The notes: a model not told the origin generated them from the sequence alone. Counted from the first letter of the stretch, positions 18,315-29,643 are shown. The stretch is 64,000 nucleotides of DNA from Saprospiraceae bacterium (GCA_043744275.1 JAYTUY010000012.1:5403-69402), one strand, 5' to 3'. Translations and numbers: made by a program.

Positions 18315-19814
18315 ATGAAAAATATTACTTCCTTTTTAATCGCTCTCATACTTTTAATTTCAATAAAATCAACCGCTCAAGGCACTCCTCAACAGTTGAA
18401 AGATTTTGACGCTTATGTTGAAAAATCAGTGGCTGATTGGCAAACACCTGGCTTAGCGATTGTGGTTTGCAAAGGCAATGAGGTGCTTTTTTCTAAAGGA
18501 TATGGCATTCGTGAATTGGGGAAATCTGATAAAGTGGATACCAAAACTATCTTCGCTTGTGCATCTACGACTAAAGCCATGACTGCTGCTGCCATGGCGA
18601 TGCTCGTGGATGAAGGCAAGGTGCGGTGGCAAGATAAAGTGGTGCAGCATTTACCCGATTTCAAGGTGGCAGATGTTTATTTGACCAATGAATTGACCAT
18701 TCGAGACCTCTTTACGCATAACGGAGGTATGGGCAACGCTGATTTTCTCTGGGGTCATTCCGATTTTAATTCGGATGATATTTTGAGGCGTTTTGCCTTG
18801 ATGAAACCTGCTTATTCCTTGCGGTCTTCTTTTATTTATCAAAATGTGATGTATCTCGTGGCTGGTAAAGTCATTGAAAAAGTGAGCGGCATGACGTGGG
18901 CGGATTTCCTGAAAAAGCGCATATTCGACCCCCTCAGTATGAAACGTACTTTTCCCACTTTGGCAGCTTCAAAAGGCGAAACCAATCGCTCGCGCCCACA
19001 TGATCGGGTGAAAGGAGTCATCGTTCCTACCGAAGATACGAATGCGGACGATATTGGTCCTGCTGGTTCTGTGTGGTCGTGCGTAGAGGATATGTCGAAA
19101 TGGATGCGTTTTATGCTTGATTCTGCCAGGGTGAATGGTAAAATGTTGATTAGTCCTGTCAATTATGCAGAGCTTTTTAAGGTGCATTCTATCGTCACGC
19201 CTGCCCAATTTTATCCGACGGCTCTTTTAACCAAACCCAATTGGATGACTTATGGTTTGGGTTGGTTTCAGCATGATTATAAAGGGAAAATGGTGCAATT
19301 TCATACAGGCAGCCTACAAGGTACGGTGGCTATTCATGGCTTAATACCGTCTGAAAAAATAGGGGTATATGTGTTTGGTAATTTAGACCATACTGAAGTG
19401 CGCCATGCCTTGATGTATCGGGCGTTTGATATGCTAATGAATGAAAAAGAGCGCGATTGGAGCAGTGAATTGAAGCCGATTTATGATGGCATTCGAGCGC
19501 AAGTCGAAGCTGTGAGGAAGCAAAAAGAATCGCAACGCATATTGAATACAAAGCCTTCGCTGGATTTGGATAAATACACGGGCACTTATTACGATGCCAT
19601 TTTAGGTAAAATTGAAGTAAAACTGCTGAATGGGCAACTTGTCGCAAAGCTCAGTTCTAAGCTGTCCATGACTTTAGAGCATTGGCATTATGATACCTTC
19701 AAAGCCACTTATGATAAGGCATGGTTTCAGCCAGATTACGTCTCTTTTGTTTTAGACGAAAATGGGCGAGTGGCTAAATTGCAATCGGGTGGGCAGAGTT
19801 GGGATAAAAAGTAG
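18315..19814 (+). CDS. serine hydrolase, beta-lactamase/PBP4* fold
   Basis: Signal peptide, the SxxK motif ASTTK and the YxN motif YQN. Confidence 0.8.
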   Translation: MKNITSFLIALILLISIKSTAQGTPQQLKDFDAYVEKSVADWQTPGLAIVVCKGNEVLFSKGYGIRELGKSDKVDTKTIFACASTTKAMTAAAMAMLVDEGKVRWQDKVVQHLPDFKVADVYLTNELTIRDLFTHNGGMGNADFLWGHSDFNSDDILRRFALMKPAYSLRSSFIYQNVMYLVAGKVIEKVSGMTWADFLKKRIFDPLSMKRTFPTLAASKGETNRSRPHDRVKGVIVPTEDTNADDIGPAGSVWSCVEDMSKWMRFMLDSARVNGKMLISPVNYAELFKVHSIVTPAQFYPTALLTKPNWMTYGLGWFQHDYKGKMVQFHTGSLQGTVAIHGLIPSEKIGVYVFGNLDHTEVRHALMYRAFDMLMNEKERDWSSELKPIYDGIRAQVEAVRKQKESQRILNTKPSLDLDKYTGTYYDAILGKIEVKLLNGQLVAKLSSKLSMTLEHWHYDTFKATYDKAWFQPDYVSFVLDENGRVAKLQSGGQSWDKK

Positions 19815-19816
19815 CT

Positions 19817-19865
19817 CATTACCTATTACCTATTACCTATTACCTATTACCCATTACCCATTACC
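19817..19865. repeat. seven tandem YATTACC heptamers
   Basis: They fill almost the entire 56-bp spacer between the convergent stops at 19814 and 19871. Confidence 0.8.
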
Positions 19866-19870
19866 CGTAT

Positions 19871-21223
19871 TCACACCGCCATCCGCCTAACCATCCCATA
19901 AAATCGCCAGCAAAGCAGTATAGCTGAAACGGTCAAACCAGCCGTTAGCCCAATCCAAACGCCAGCAGCGGTGAGTCCATAATATTGACCTAAAAAATAT
20001 CCGATGGGCAAACCGACCACCCAATAAGCAAACAGCGTAATACCCGTAGGAACATTGACATCCGCTATACCCCTCAGTATGCCGAGGGCTGTAGCTTGCA
20101 AACCGTCTGATAATTGAAAAATGCCGCCGATAAAAAGCAGGGTCGTGGCAACAGGTACGACATTGGCATCCGCTGTATATAAACCAATTAAAAAATTATA
20201 AAAAACAAAAAATATTATGGCGCAAATAGCCATAAAACCACCGCCCATCAGCAAAGCCGCATTGCCTGAAATAAGGATTTGATGCCTATCGTGTAAGCCC
20301 CAAAAATGCCCTACTCGGATGCCGCCTGCTGCTGCAATACCCGTCACCATCATGTAAGTGACTGAACACATATTGATAGCAATTTGATGTGCTGCTTGTT
20401 CATATTTTCCATACCAACCGATGATGACAACAGCCCCTGCAAATACAGCTACTTCAAAAAAGCCTTGCATGCCTGAAGGCAAACCAATTTTTAGTATTTT
20501 TTTTATTAAATGTTGAAAATCGCCTGTGGTTGGGCTGAGGTAAGGCTTGAAAATAGGGTTGCGGCGAATAATCCACCAGAGAGCCGATGCCATATAAATA
20601 CGACTAATCAAAGTAGCAAAACCTGCTCCCAAAAGTTCAAGGCGAGGGAAAAAACCGATGCCGTTGATAAGCAACCAATTCAATAAAATATTGAGCAAAA
20701 GAGCAGATAATGTCACTGCCATAGCCAGTTGCGTTTTGCCCAAACCATCACTCAACTGCCTCAAACCGACGAATATGAGCATAGGCAAAATGGATAAAGC
20801 AATCACTCGATTATAAGGTTGTGCTATGGCAACTACTTCTGCATCTTGCCCCAATCTATCTAAGAAAAATCCCAATGTAAAGCATAAAAAAAACGTAATA
20901 AAGCCTAAATACAAGGCAACTCGCTTGGTGGCTTTGAGTAAAAGGTTGATTTCTTCCGTATTTTTCTCTGCTTCTGCTTTTGAAATCATAGGCGCGACTA
21001 CACCTAAAGCCAATAAGCCAATAATAGCAACTGTAAAAACAAGGCTATTCGACAAACCAGAAGCAGCCACTGATACCGCGCTTTTACCTTCAATACTGCC
21101 TACTTGAATTGTATCCGCAACACCCATCGCCACGATGCCCAATTGGCTTACCACTATTGGTAAGCCAAGTCGGATCATTTCAATCGCTTCTTTTTTATAG
21201 GATTTTAAGTCTACATTTTTCAT
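19871..21223 (-). CDS. MATE family efflux transporter
   Basis: 12-TM profile and the N-terminal KEAIEMIRLGLPIVVSQL typical of NorM/MATE proteins. Confidence 0.85.
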   Translation of the reverse strand: MKNVDLKSYKKEAIEMIRLGLPIVVSQLGIVAMGVADTIQVGSIEGKSAVSVAASGLSNSLVFTVAIIGLLALGVVAPMISKAEAEKNTEEINLLLKATKRVALYLGFITFFLCFTLGFFLDRLGQDAEVVAIAQPYNRVIALSILPMLIFVGLRQLSDGLGKTQLAMAVTLSALLLNILLNWLLINGIGFFPRLELLGAGFATLISRIYMASALWWIIRRNPIFKPYLSPTTGDFQHLIKKILKIGLPSGMQGFFEVAVFAGAVVIIGWYGKYEQAAHQIAINMCSVTYMMVTGIAAAGGIRVGHFWGLHDRHQILISGNAALLMGGGFMAICAIIFFVFYNFLIGLYTADANVVPVATTLLFIGGIFQLSDGLQATALGILRGIADVNVPTGITLFAYWVVGLPIGYFLGQYYGLTAAGVWIGLTAGLTVSAILLCWRFYGMVRRMAV

Positions 21224-21234
21224 AATATCTTATA

Positions 21235-23862
21235 CTATGCACCAAGCATCTGAGCAAATATAGCCTTCAATTGCTCATTTGATTCTTTATTGACAATTTC
21301 AGTCAGCATTTTAGTTAATTCAGAGTAATTGGTATTGGCTTGCGTTTTATATTTTTTACGCACATCATTAATGGCTTTTGCGCAGGCAAATCTTCGCCAA
21401 GGAGATTGGGCTTGATTGACGCCAATGTCTCTTAATTTACCCATTTTTTCAAGGATATTGCCTTCGCCGAGTTTATCTAATACTTTGACATAATTGCCTA
21501 CAAAATTTAAACTGGCCATACCATCTACCTTCAGAATGCTTTTTTCAAAAAATGCAATGTGCTCTGGCTTAGGATTTTCAGCATAAATACTACCAACTCC
21601 ACTCACAAGGTCATCATTATCATCGTTTTCAAATTTCTTGGCGGCTTCGGTAGCTCCATCTGGATCAACTTTATAAAGCGATTGCATAGCCGCTGAAATA
21701 ACTGGATAAGCCTGTTCTTTTTCTAAGACACTGCGATAAGTAGCTGCCCATTTCTGCTCTTTTGAAGCTGCCAATTTTGAAAGAGCCGCTGAACGAACAG
21801 TCGAACGCGCATCAGATTGCGCAATAACTGCAATTTTGTCCAATACTGAGGGGTCATCTTTTATCATCACGCTTTGAACAGCTTCTTCGCGAATACCCCA
21901 AAATTTATCATTCAAAGCTGTTTTGATAGTCACTTGCGCCTTCGGATTTTTACTCGTTTTCAAAGCATCCAAAGCCTCAGCCCGTGCCAAATACCGCTTG
22001 CTGTTGTTGTACATAAACATCCACTCATCTTCTGAATGATTGTCTGTTTTTTGAGCTAAAAGCATTCTATCGCCATCAAAATCTACCAACGCGGGCTTGC
22101 TCGCTACATCGAATGTAAAAGTTTCAGACCGTTTTGTCATGCGTACTTTTTCACGTTTGGGCGCTTGACCTCCTGCTGAATAAATATCTACTGCGAAAGG
22201 CAAATCAAAAATATAGGGTACACCTTCTTTCGCTTCTTGCTTTTGAAGCACTGTCATTTTCATTTTTTTATTCGCTTCATCATATTCATAGCTCACATCC
22301 ACAACTGGATGCCCTGCTTTGTAATACCATTGATTGAAAAACCAATTTAAATCCTCGCCACCAACTTCTTCTAAAGCCAAACGCAATTGTTGTGCTTCGC
22401 CTGATTTGAATTTATTATCAGTCAAATATTTTTTCAAACCTTCAAAAAAAGCGTCGTCACCCATATAATTGCGAAGCATATGGAGGATACAACCACCTTT
22501 ATTATAACTGTGGGCATCGAACATTTCCTCCCGATTGTTATATCTAAAATCAACAAGCGCGTGCATATTTTGCTCGGCTTGACCAAAGTAACCATCGGCT
22601 ACTTCTCTGCGGTGATGATCACCAGCATCGGTTCCGAATTTATGCTCCAACCAAAGCGATTCACTATAATCAGCAAAAGATTCATTCACTGTTAGATTCG
22701 ACCAACTTTCAGCCGTTACCAAATCGCCAAACCAATGGTGAAACATCTCATGTGCTACCACTGTCTCATTGTAATCTTTATCAATCAACTCACGTTCAGT
22801 GCCATTCAAAAACTCGCCATAAATGATAGCTGTTGTATTTTCCATCGCACCCGATACATAATCACGCACTACAATGTGCGCGAGCTTTTGCCAAGGATAC
22901 TCTACACCCAAACGGTCTGAAAAGAAATCTAAAATTTCAGGCACATATTTGAAAATGACTTTGCCTTTGCCTTTATATTTAGGTTCTACATAGTACATAA
23001 TGTCTTTTCCACGCCATTTTTCTGTTTCTACCTCAAACTCTCCAACTGCCATCATCACCAAATAAGGCGAGTGCGGCATGTCCATAACCCAATGGTCAGT
23101 ACGTGTGCCATCGCTATTTTTTTTAGAATCTTTCATCAAACCATTCGACAATGTTTTGTATTTGTCTTCAACAGTCATGTAGATTTCATCGGTCATTTTC
23201 TCATTCGGCTTATCGAAAGTTGGAAACCATTTGCTATTGCTTTCGGTTTCGCCTTGTGTCCAAATTTGCTTAGGCTTATCAGGTTCGCTACCATCAGGAT
23301 TGATAAAAAACAAGCCTTTATCGCTTGTGATAGCCGCGCTGCCACCTACGGGAGCTTCGTCGGGCTTGGCAACATACTCGATATAGACTGTATATTTTTT
23401 AGAGCGATTAAATGATTTACCCAAATTAATGCTCAATTTATCGTCCTCATAAGTATATTTCAATGGTGTGTTCGAGCCATCCATCGCTACTTTCAGAATG
23501 TCAAAACCTTTTGCATCCAACACCATTTTATCGGTTGGATTAAAATAAGGCTTGGCTGTAATCCATGCTTTTCCCAAAACATGTTTTTTCGACCAATCAA
23601 AACGCACATCTAATTTGGTGTGAATAATATCCGTTTCCATTTTCACCGTACTCCGATAGACGGGCAACGTATCAGGCATATCTTTAATGCCTACAACATC
23701 GTCAGCTTTGCCTTCATCATCTACCTTCATAGCAGGTGCTGGCGGCGGAGGAGTTTCGGTTTTGACGATTGATTTATCCTTATCTTTCATGGCACCTTTC
23801 GGAGCCGTACATCCCATCATCAATAACACGGCAAGCGTGAGTGCAGCAAGTGTTTTTTTCAT
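21235..23862 (-). CDS. M1 family metallo-aminopeptidase lipoprotein with C-terminal HEAT-like repeats
   Basis: GAMEN exopeptidase motif and HEMFHHWFGD...E zinc site. The lipobox is MMGC. Confidence 0.85.
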   Translation of the reverse strand: MKKTLAALTLAVLLMMGCTAPKGAMKDKDKSIVKTETPPPPAPAMKVDDEGKADDVVGIKDMPDTLPVYRSTVKMETDIIHTKLDVRFDWSKKHVLGKAWITAKPYFNPTDKMVLDAKGFDILKVAMDGSNTPLKYTYEDDKLSINLGKSFNRSKKYTVYIEYVAKPDEAPVGGSAAITSDKGLFFINPDGSEPDKPKQIWTQGETESNSKWFPTFDKPNEKMTDEIYMTVEDKYKTLSNGLMKDSKKNSDGTRTDHWVMDMPHSPYLVMMAVGEFEVETEKWRGKDIMYYVEPKYKGKGKVIFKYVPEILDFFSDRLGVEYPWQKLAHIVVRDYVSGAMENTTAIIYGEFLNGTERELIDKDYNETVVAHEMFHHWFGDLVTAESWSNLTVNESFADYSESLWLEHKFGTDAGDHHRREVADGYFGQAEQNMHALVDFRYNNREEMFDAHSYNKGGCILHMLRNYMGDDAFFEGLKKYLTDNKFKSGEAQQLRLALEEVGGEDLNWFFNQWYYKAGHPVVDVSYEYDEANKKMKMTVLQKQEAKEGVPYIFDLPFAVDIYSAGGQAPKREKVRMTKRSETFTFDVASKPALVDFDGDRMLLAQKTDNHSEDEWMFMYNNSKRYLARAEALDALKTSKNPKAQVTIKTALNDKFWGIREEAVQSVMIKDDPSVLDKIAVIAQSDARSTVRSAALSKLAASKEQKWAATYRSVLEKEQAYPVISAAMQSLYKVDPDGATEAAKKFENDDNDDLVSGVGSIYAENPKPEHIAFFEKSILKVDGMASLNFVGNYVKVLDKLGEGNILEKMGKLRDIGVNQAQSPWRRFACAKAINDVRKKYKTQANTNYSELTKMLTEIVNKESNEQLKAIFAQMLGA

Positions 23863-23933
23863 AATTATATAAATTTATTTAACTGTTTAAAAATTACAAA
23901 ATCAATATTTTACGTAAAAATAAGACAAAATAC

Positions 23934-24212
23934 TTATAATGAATCAGGTACTGGAATGACTGCATCCATCATCGGCATTGTATTGGTATTGCCTTGCTTT
24001 TTTTTCATAATGCGTTGCTCGGCTGGACTGTTGCTGGGAGCTTGACCTATTTGCTCATTGGCAACAGTTTTCTCAATTTTATTGTCCGATTTTTTAACTT
24101 CATTATTAGTTATGGTTGGGTTATTATTATTCCCAAAAGATGTACTTTTTGATGTCGTACAAGCCACAACCAACAGCGACAACAGCATAAAGGAGATGAT
24201 ATATTTTTTCAT
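23934..24212 (-). CDS. small hypothetical lipoprotein
   Basis: Signal peptide plus Cys (LLVVAC). The mature part is low-complexity. Confidence 0.45.
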   Translation of the reverse strand: MKKYIISFMLLSLLVVACTTSKSTSFGNNNNPTITNNEVKKSDNKIEKTVANEQIGQAPSNSPAEQRIMKKKQGNTNTMPMMDAVIPVPDSL

Positions 24213-24521
24213 TTAAAAAAGAGATTGATGATAAAAAATAGTTGCAAAATATATAGATGGTAGCACCAATTTATCATTGCGAACGGAGGTTTGCAAACTG
24301 ATAACATTTAAAAGATGCAAATGTAATGATTTATCCAACGATTTAGAAACGTGCTTTGTTATTCAACCATACTTAAACATATCTTAAAAAAATTAGAAAA
24401 CCTTTTTAAAACTGTAAAATACTGAGGGGGTATCGCTGAATCAATTTATGTAGAAAAATATTTTTTTACAAAAAAAACCGTCAAAATAGTACCAGCCCAA
24501 TGCTTTGCCCTATCTTTGCAC

Positions 24522-26042
24522 ATGGAAACGGTAAATTTACTCTCTGACAAATTCTTGGGCGAAGCCCTCACATTCGACGACGTTTTGCTCGTCCCTGCGT
24601 TCTCGCAAGTCCTTCCCCGCGAAGTTGACATTAAAACAAAAATCACACGAGATTTGATTATTAATGCCCCAATGGTCTCCGCTGCAATGGATACGGTGAC
24701 CGAAAAGGCATTAGCCATTGCCATTGCTCGGCAAGGCGGAATCGGTATTATTCATAAAAATATGAGTATCGCTGCCCAAGCCGATCAAGTGCGCTCAGTC
24801 AAACGCTCTGAAAGCGGAATGATTATCGACCCAGTCACCCTCGCACCGAATGCAACAGTAGGCGATGCACGAGCTATCATGAAAAAATACAGCATCGGCG
24901 GCATTCCCATTGTAGAGTTTGTTGGCTTAGAAAAAAATGCTGCAAGCGGTGGAAAATGGGGCAAATTAGTCGGCATCCTCACCAATCGCGACCTCCGTTT
25001 TGAGCAAAATCCTAACCGCATCGTCAGCGAATTGATGACAAAAGAAAACCTCATCATCGCACCTGTCGGTACAAATCTTGAGCAAGCCAAGCAAATTCTC
25101 CAAAAGAATAAAATTGAAAAACTACCTGTCGTAGATGAATATGGCAACCTCGCAGGGCTAATTACCTACAAAGACATCATGAAAGTGCAGGATTACCCTA
25201 ATTCTTGCAAAGATTCTTTCGGTCGTTTGGTGGTCGGTGCAGCATTGGGTGTTACGCGCGATATGCACGATCGTATGGATGCGCTGATAGCGGTGGGCGT
25301 AGATGTGGTCATTATTGATACGGCTCATGGGCATTCGGAAGGCGTTTTGAATGCAGTGAGTGAAGCCAAAAAACGTCATCCATATTTGCAAGTTATTGGC
25401 GGCAATGTGGCAACAGGCGAAGGGGCAAAAGCCCTTGCAGATGCCGGTGCAGATGGGGTAAAAGTAGGCGTGGGACCCGGTTCGATTTGTACAACGCGCA
25501 TCGTAGCAGGTGTCGGTATGCCGCAATTGACAGCCATATATAATGCAGCTCAAGCTTTGAAAGGCACTGGTATCCCTATTATCGGCGATGGTGGCATCCG
25601 TTTTACAGGCGATATTGCCAAAGCCATTGCAGCAGGAGCGAGTACGATTATGGCAGGTTCGCTCTTCGCAGGTGTGGAAGAAGCACCAGGAGAAACGATA
25701 CTTTTTGAAGGTCGAAAATTCAAAGTTTATAGAGGCATGGGTTCACTCGGCGCTATGCAAGAGGGTTCAAAAGACCGCTATTTTCAAGACGTTGAAGATG
25801 ATGTCAAAAAACTCGTACCCGAAGGCATCGAAGGTCGCATCCCTTTCAAAGGCACTTTGGCGGAAGTGATGGTGCAATATATCGGTGGTTTGAGAGCAGG
25901 GATGGGCTATTGTGGTGCAGCCACAATCGAGGCGATGCACAACGCACGTTTCGTTCGCATGACAGGCGCAGGCATCATCGAAAGTCATCCGCACAATATC
26001 AATATTACTAAGGAATCGCCTAATTATTCGAGGGGGTCATAG
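24522..26042 (+). CDS. guaB: IMP dehydrogenase
   Basis: [11 protein letters not shown] start block, tandem CBS region and the catalytic loop [12 protein letters not shown] chose ATG 24522 over the TTG at 24516. Confidence 0.95.
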   Translation: METVNLLSDKFLGEALTFDDVLLVPAFSQVLPREVDIKTKITRDLIINAPMVSAAMDTVTEKALAIAIARQGGIGIIHKNMSIAAQADQVRSVKRSESGMIIDPVTLAPNATVGDARAIMKKYSIGGIPIVEFVGLEKNAASGGKWGKLVGILTNRDLRFEQNPNRIVSELMTKENLIIAPVGTNLEQAKQILQKNKIEKLPVVDEYGNLAGLITYKDIMKVQDYPNSCKDSFGRLVVGAALGVTRDMHDRMDALIAVGVDVVIIDTAHGHSEGVLNAVSEAKKRHPYLQVIGGNVATGEGAKALADAGADGVKVGVGPGSICTTRIVAGVGMPQLTAIYNAAQALKGTGIPIIGDGGIRFTGDIAKAIAAGASTIMAGSLFAGVEEAPGETILFEGRKFKVYRGMGSLGAMQEGSKDRYFQDVEDDVKKLVPEGIEGRIPFKGTLAEVMVQYIGGLRAGMGYCGAATIEAMHNARFVRMTGAGIIESHPHNINITKESPNYSRGS

Positions 26043-27056
26043 GAAAATACTTTTCAAAACCCCAATCAACTCCTCCACCATCGCATCCGTAATATGCAAA
26101 TGAGTGACAAATCGAACTGTATTGGGTCCAAAAAGCACCGCTTTCACACCATGTTTTTCTAATTTTTCAAGGAAAATAGCACCAGTCAGCGGTGGTTTGA
26201 CATCGAAAATGACAATATTGGTCATGACTGGACGGAGGTTTTCTACATAAGGCAGACCCCTCAGTATTTCGCCGATTTTGCGAGCATTATCGTTGTCCTG
26301 CTTCAATCTTTTCACATTATTTTCAAGCGCATAAATGCCCGCTGCTGCTAAAAATCCCGCTTGTCGCATACCACCGCCGAAGGCTTTTCTAATTCTTCTG
26401 GCTCTTTTGATGAAATCTTTCTCTCCAATTAATAGCGAACCGACAGGCGCACCCAAGCCTTTTGATAAGCAAATGGAGATAGAATCGAAGGCTTCTCCCC
26501 ATTGTTGAGGTGTCTCACCCGTTTCCACAAGAGCGTTGAAAAGACGGGCGCCATCGAGATGAAGTTTCAGATTTCTACTTTTACACAAGGCTGTGATAGG
26601 CTTTATTTGCTCAATATTGTAGAATGAACCACCGCCATGATTGCACGTATTTTCAAGCACCACCAACGAGGTGATAGGCAGCCAATCGTAGAGCGGTTTG
26701 ATGGCTTTTTCTATCATTTCCACATTCAAAATACCATTTTCACCCCTCAGTAAATTCACTCCAATACCACTGTGAAAAGCATATCCGCCTACTTCCGATT
26801 GAAAAATATGACTTTTTTCATCGCAAATCACTTCATCGAGCGGCTGCGTATGGGTCTTCAGCGCAATCTGGTTGGTCATCGTGCCGCTGGGGCAAAATAG
26901 GGCTGCTTCCATGCCAAACATCGCCGCTGCCAACGCTTCGAGCGCATTGACTGAGGGGTCACTTTGAAACACATCATCGCCGACTTCGGCATTCATCATC
27001 GCTTCGAGCATAGCTGGCGTAGGCTGTGTTATGGTGTCTGAAATTAAGTTAATCAT
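26037..27056 (-). CDS. ltaE: low-specificity L-threonine aldolase
   Basis: The DTITQPTPAMLEAM start and the PSGTMTNQIAL block fit the threonine aldolase family. Confidence 0.85.
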   Translation of the reverse strand: MINLISDTITQPTPAMLEAMMNAEVGDDVFQSDPSVNALEALAAAMFGMEAALFCPSGTMTNQIALKTHTQPLDEVICDEKSHIFQSEVGGYAFHSGIGVNLLRGENGILNVEMIEKAIKPLYDWLPITSLVVLENTCNHGGGSFYNIEQIKPITALCKSRNLKLHLDGARLFNALVETGETPQQWGEAFDSISICLSKGLGAPVGSLLIGEKDFIKRARRIRKAFGGGMRQAGFLAAAGIYALENNVKRLKQDNDNARKIGEILRGLPYVENLRPVMTNIVIFDVKPPLTGAIFLEKLEKHGVKAVLFGPNTVRFVTHLHITDAMVEELIGVLKSIFL

Positions 27057-27095
27057 TCTGCTATCAATTATTAATCGTTAGTTAATTTTAAAAAA

Positions 27096-27683
27096 TTAAG
27101 GTTTTAAAACTCGTATATCCCAAGTATCATAGCTATTCACAACCGTTTTTTCATCAATTTTTGAAGTGACAAGCATTATTTTATCCCAAATCTGTTGATG
27201 CCCTTTAAAATTATGATGGACACTGATGATGAAATAGCCATCCGATTTTAAATAAGGAAAAAACCGTTTGACCAAAGCCGTTACATCAGGCGTATAATAA
27301 ACACATTCGTTGAAAATAATAAAATCATAGAGTTTAGGCGGTTGATAGGTGTGCATATCAGAGGCTATGAAATTCGTTTTATCATCCTCAAAAAGCTTTT
27401 TCGCTTCCGCAATCGCCACGTCCGAAAGGTCTGTTCCAAGAAATTCTGAGAAGTCATTATGGTTCAAATATTGTCTAAAATAACCTTCTCCGCAACCAAT
27501 TTCAAGGATTTGAGGCAAATCTACACCTTTATATTGTCTCACTAATTCAGCCGTCACTGCCAAGCGTCGTTGCTCTTCGGGATCGCGCAAGCCATTCCAA
27601 CGTCCTTTTTTGAAATTATGATTCCAACGTTCGCGCGCATCACGCAGGATTTTTCTTTTTATAAATGAGATAATAGAATTCAT
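27096..27683 (-). CDS. class I SAM-dependent methyltransferase
   Basis: Motif I ILEIGCGEGYF and the acidic loop GTDLS. Confidence 0.7.
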   Translation of the reverse strand: MNSIISFIKRKILRDARERWNHNFKKGRWNGLRDPEEQRRLAVTAELVRQYKGVDLPQILEIGCGEGYFRQYLNHNDFSEFLGTDLSDVAIAEAKKLFEDDKTNFIASDMHTYQPPKLYDFIIFNECVYYTPDVTALVKRFFPYLKSDGYFIISVHHNFKGHQQIWDKIMLVTSKIDEKTVVNSYDTWDIRVLKP

Positions 27684-27685
27684 TA

Positions 27686-27720
27686 AAATTAGGAATTTGA
27701 AATTAGGAATTAGGAATTTG
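27686..27720. repeat. short tandem ATTAGGA(A) repeat
   Basis: AAATTAGGAATTTG AAATTAGGAATTAGGAATTTG, directly upstream of the methyltransferase start. Confidence 0.5.
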
Positions 27721-27765
27721 CGTAAAGTTATTGATAAAAAAAATGCTTTTCAGTAGAGTTTTCTA

Positions 27766-27773
27766 TAATTTTG
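27766..27773 (+). promoter_or_regulatory. -7 box TAATTTTG upstream of asnS
   Basis: Matches TAnnTTTG, about 110 nt before ATG 27883. Confidence 0.4.
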
Positions 27774-27882
27774 CGCCTTCAAAAAATGAAAGGTTATATT
27801 TTAACTCAAAAACACAATGAATTTTTTAAGTCTTGCTTAATACCTTGCTAATTAATGGTTTATAAGTTTTAAATTATAAAAT

Positions 27883-29319
27883 ATGAAAAAGAGAATTGAA
27901 ATAGGTGAAATACTGAGGGGTAGCCAGACTGGTAACAATGTGACTGTTATGGGTTGGGTACGGACGTTTCGGAACAATCAGTTTGTGGCTTTGAACGATG
28001 GCTCATGCTTGGGCAATTTGCAAATAGTGGTGAATCCTGAAACGGCAGATGCGGCTACATTGAAGCGCATAACCGTTGGGGCTGCTGTGTGTTTTGAAGG
28101 AAAAGTAGTCGAATCGCAAGGCAAGGGGCAGTCTGTGGAGGTCATTGCAGAGACGATTGAAATATTCGGCGATTGCGACCCCTCAGTATATCCGCTCCAA
28201 CCGAAGAAGCACAGCTTGGAATTTCTACGGGAGATTGCCCATTTACGCTTCCGTACACAGACGTTTAGTGCGGTTTTTCGCATACGCCACGCCTTATCAT
28301 TTGCCATTCATAAATTTTTTAATGACAAAGGTTTTTACAATATGCACTCACCTATTATTACAGCTTCTGATGCAGAGGGTGCGGGTGAAATGTTTAAAGT
28401 GACGACATTAGATGTTGAAAAGCCGCCTCGTACTGAGGGGGGTGAAGTAGATTATAAAAAAGATTTTTTTGAACGCCCGACCAGTTTGACGGTTTCAGGG
28501 CAGCTTGAAGCGGAATTGGCAGCTTTGGCTTTGGGCAAGGTCTATACGTTTGGACCTACTTTCAGAGCTGAAAACTCCAATACTTCGCGCCATTTAGCGG
28601 AGTTTTGGATGATTGAGCCAGAGGTTGCTTTTGCGGATTTGGAGGATAATATGAATTTGGCAGAGGCTATGTTGAAGTTTTGTATTCAATATGCCTTAGA
28701 AAATTGCAAAGAAGATTTGACTTTCCTTGCACAACGCCTTGATGAAGAGGAAAAACAAAAACCTCAAAATGAGCGCAGCGATATGGGATTGATTGAAAAA
28801 TTGGAGTTTGTATTGGCGCAACCTTTCCAACGCTTGACTTATACAGAAGCGATTGATATTTTATTGGATTCAACGCCGAATAAAAAAGGCAAATTTAAAT
28901 ACCCTGTAACAGGCTGGGGAACGGATTTGCAAAGCGAGCATGAACGCTATTTGGTAGAAAAACATTTCAAAAAACCTGTCATTTTGACCAATTATCCTAA
29001 AGAAATCAAGGCATTTTATATGCGTCAAGACGATAACGGCACGACGGTTTCGGCAATGGATATTCTTTTCCCAGGCATCGGCGAAATCATCGGCGGTTCA
29101 CAACGCGAAGAGCGCATGGATAAACTCATGAAGCGCATGGAAGAAATGCACATTCCGACAGAAGAAATGTATTGGTTTTTAGATACGCGCCGCTTTGGCA
29201 CTTGCCCACATGCGGGCTTTGGTTTGGGTTTTGAGCGATTGGTTCAGTTCATTTCAGGCATGGGCAATATTAGGGATGTGATTCCTTTCCCACGTTATCC
29301 AGGTAGTGCGGAGTTTTAA
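27883..29319 (+). CDS. asnS: asparagine--tRNA ligase
   Basis: Class IIb motifs including [21 protein letters not shown] and GFGLGFERL. Confidence 0.95.
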   Translation: MKKRIEIGEILRGSQTGNNVTVMGWVRTFRNNQFVALNDGSCLGNLQIVVNPETADAATLKRITVGAAVCFEGKVVESQGKGQSVEVIAETIEIFGDCDPSVYPLQPKKHSLEFLREIAHLRFRTQTFSAVFRIRHALSFAIHKFFNDKGFYNMHSPIITASDAEGAGEMFKVTTLDVEKPPRTEGGEVDYKKDFFERPTSLTVSGQLEAELAALALGKVYTFGPTFRAENSNTSRHLAEFWMIEPEVAFADLEDNMNLAEAMLKFCIQYALENCKEDLTFLAQRLDEEEKQKPQNERSDMGLIEKLEFVLAQPFQRLTYTEAIDILLDSTPNKKGKFKYPVTGWGTDLQSEHERYLVEKHFKKPVILTNYPKEIKAFYMRQDDNGTTVSAMDILFPGIGEIIGGSQREERMDKLMKRMEEMHIPTEEMYWFLDTRRFGTCPHAGFGLGFERLVQFISGMGNIRDVIPFPRYPGSAEF

Positions 29320-29345
29320 GAAAAAATTTAAATACCATATAATTT

Positions 29346-29381
29346 TAAAAAACGGGTAGTTGAAAAAACTACTCGTTTTTT
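29346..29381 (+). terminator. intrinsic terminator after asnS
   Basis: Stem ACGGGTAGTT/AACTACTCGT (one G-U pair) followed by a T run. Confidence 0.65.
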
Positions 29382-29597
29382 TATATCAAATAAAAGCAAT
29401 TGAAAATATTGTAGAAAATTCTGTTAAAAAATTAAAATTGCCCCCCTCAGTATTTTGCCTAATTTTTCACTTTGTCAAGGGATATTTTGAGTTGAAAAAA
29501 ATCTAAAAATGGTCTATTTTTCTATTTTTTTTTAAAAAAGTATTAAAAAACAATAGAAAAAGTTGAGGATAGGCTTTTTAAATCAGTGTACAGTGCT

Positions 29598-29605
29598 TAC
29601 CTTTG
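29598..29605 (+). promoter_or_regulatory. -7 box TACCTTTG upstream of atpB
   Basis: Matches TAnnTTTG, 39 nt before ATG 29644. Confidence 0.5.
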
Positions 29606-29643
29606 CAAAGTTTTTAAAGAATACATATAAAAATCTATATACG

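Noticed and set aside
19817-19865. I asked whether the heptamer arrays could be a CRISPR array or a degenerate one.
   Set aside because: The units are 7 bp and contiguous, with no spacers. No cas genes or 25-40-bp repeats exist anywhere in the window.
24511-24518. A TATCTTTG -7-like box lies immediately before guaB.
   Set aside because: It ends only 3 nt before ATG 24522, so a TSS from it would fall at or beyond the start codon. It may be a coincidence or a leaderless arrangement, and I did not call it as a feature.
26031-26040. Degenerate motif-like words occur at 26031 (TCGAGGGGGTCAT), 34231 (AACCTCAGTA), 32401 (TCCCTCAGTA) and 11733 (CGGAGGGGGC).
   Set aside because: They are one- or two-mismatch relatives. 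I excluded them from the count to keep the tally to exact 8-mer cores.
26037-26042. Convergent CDS overlaps occur between guaB and ltaE (6 nt) and between murF and the STN gene (24 nt, 45565-45588).
   Set aside because: Short 3'-3' overlaps are common in compact genomes and need no special explanation. The murF case is noted only as a side remark.
29563-29643. The ORF track gives an upstream extension of atpB (MRIGFLNQC...). It gives similar extensions for atpE (30923), murF (44179), yicC (59853), gatA (51782) and the 61998-62780 ORF.
   Set aside because: The extensions begin at TTG or other far-upstream codons and precede obvious signal peptides or conserved N-termini. For atpB and yicC, the -7 boxes fall inside the extensions.
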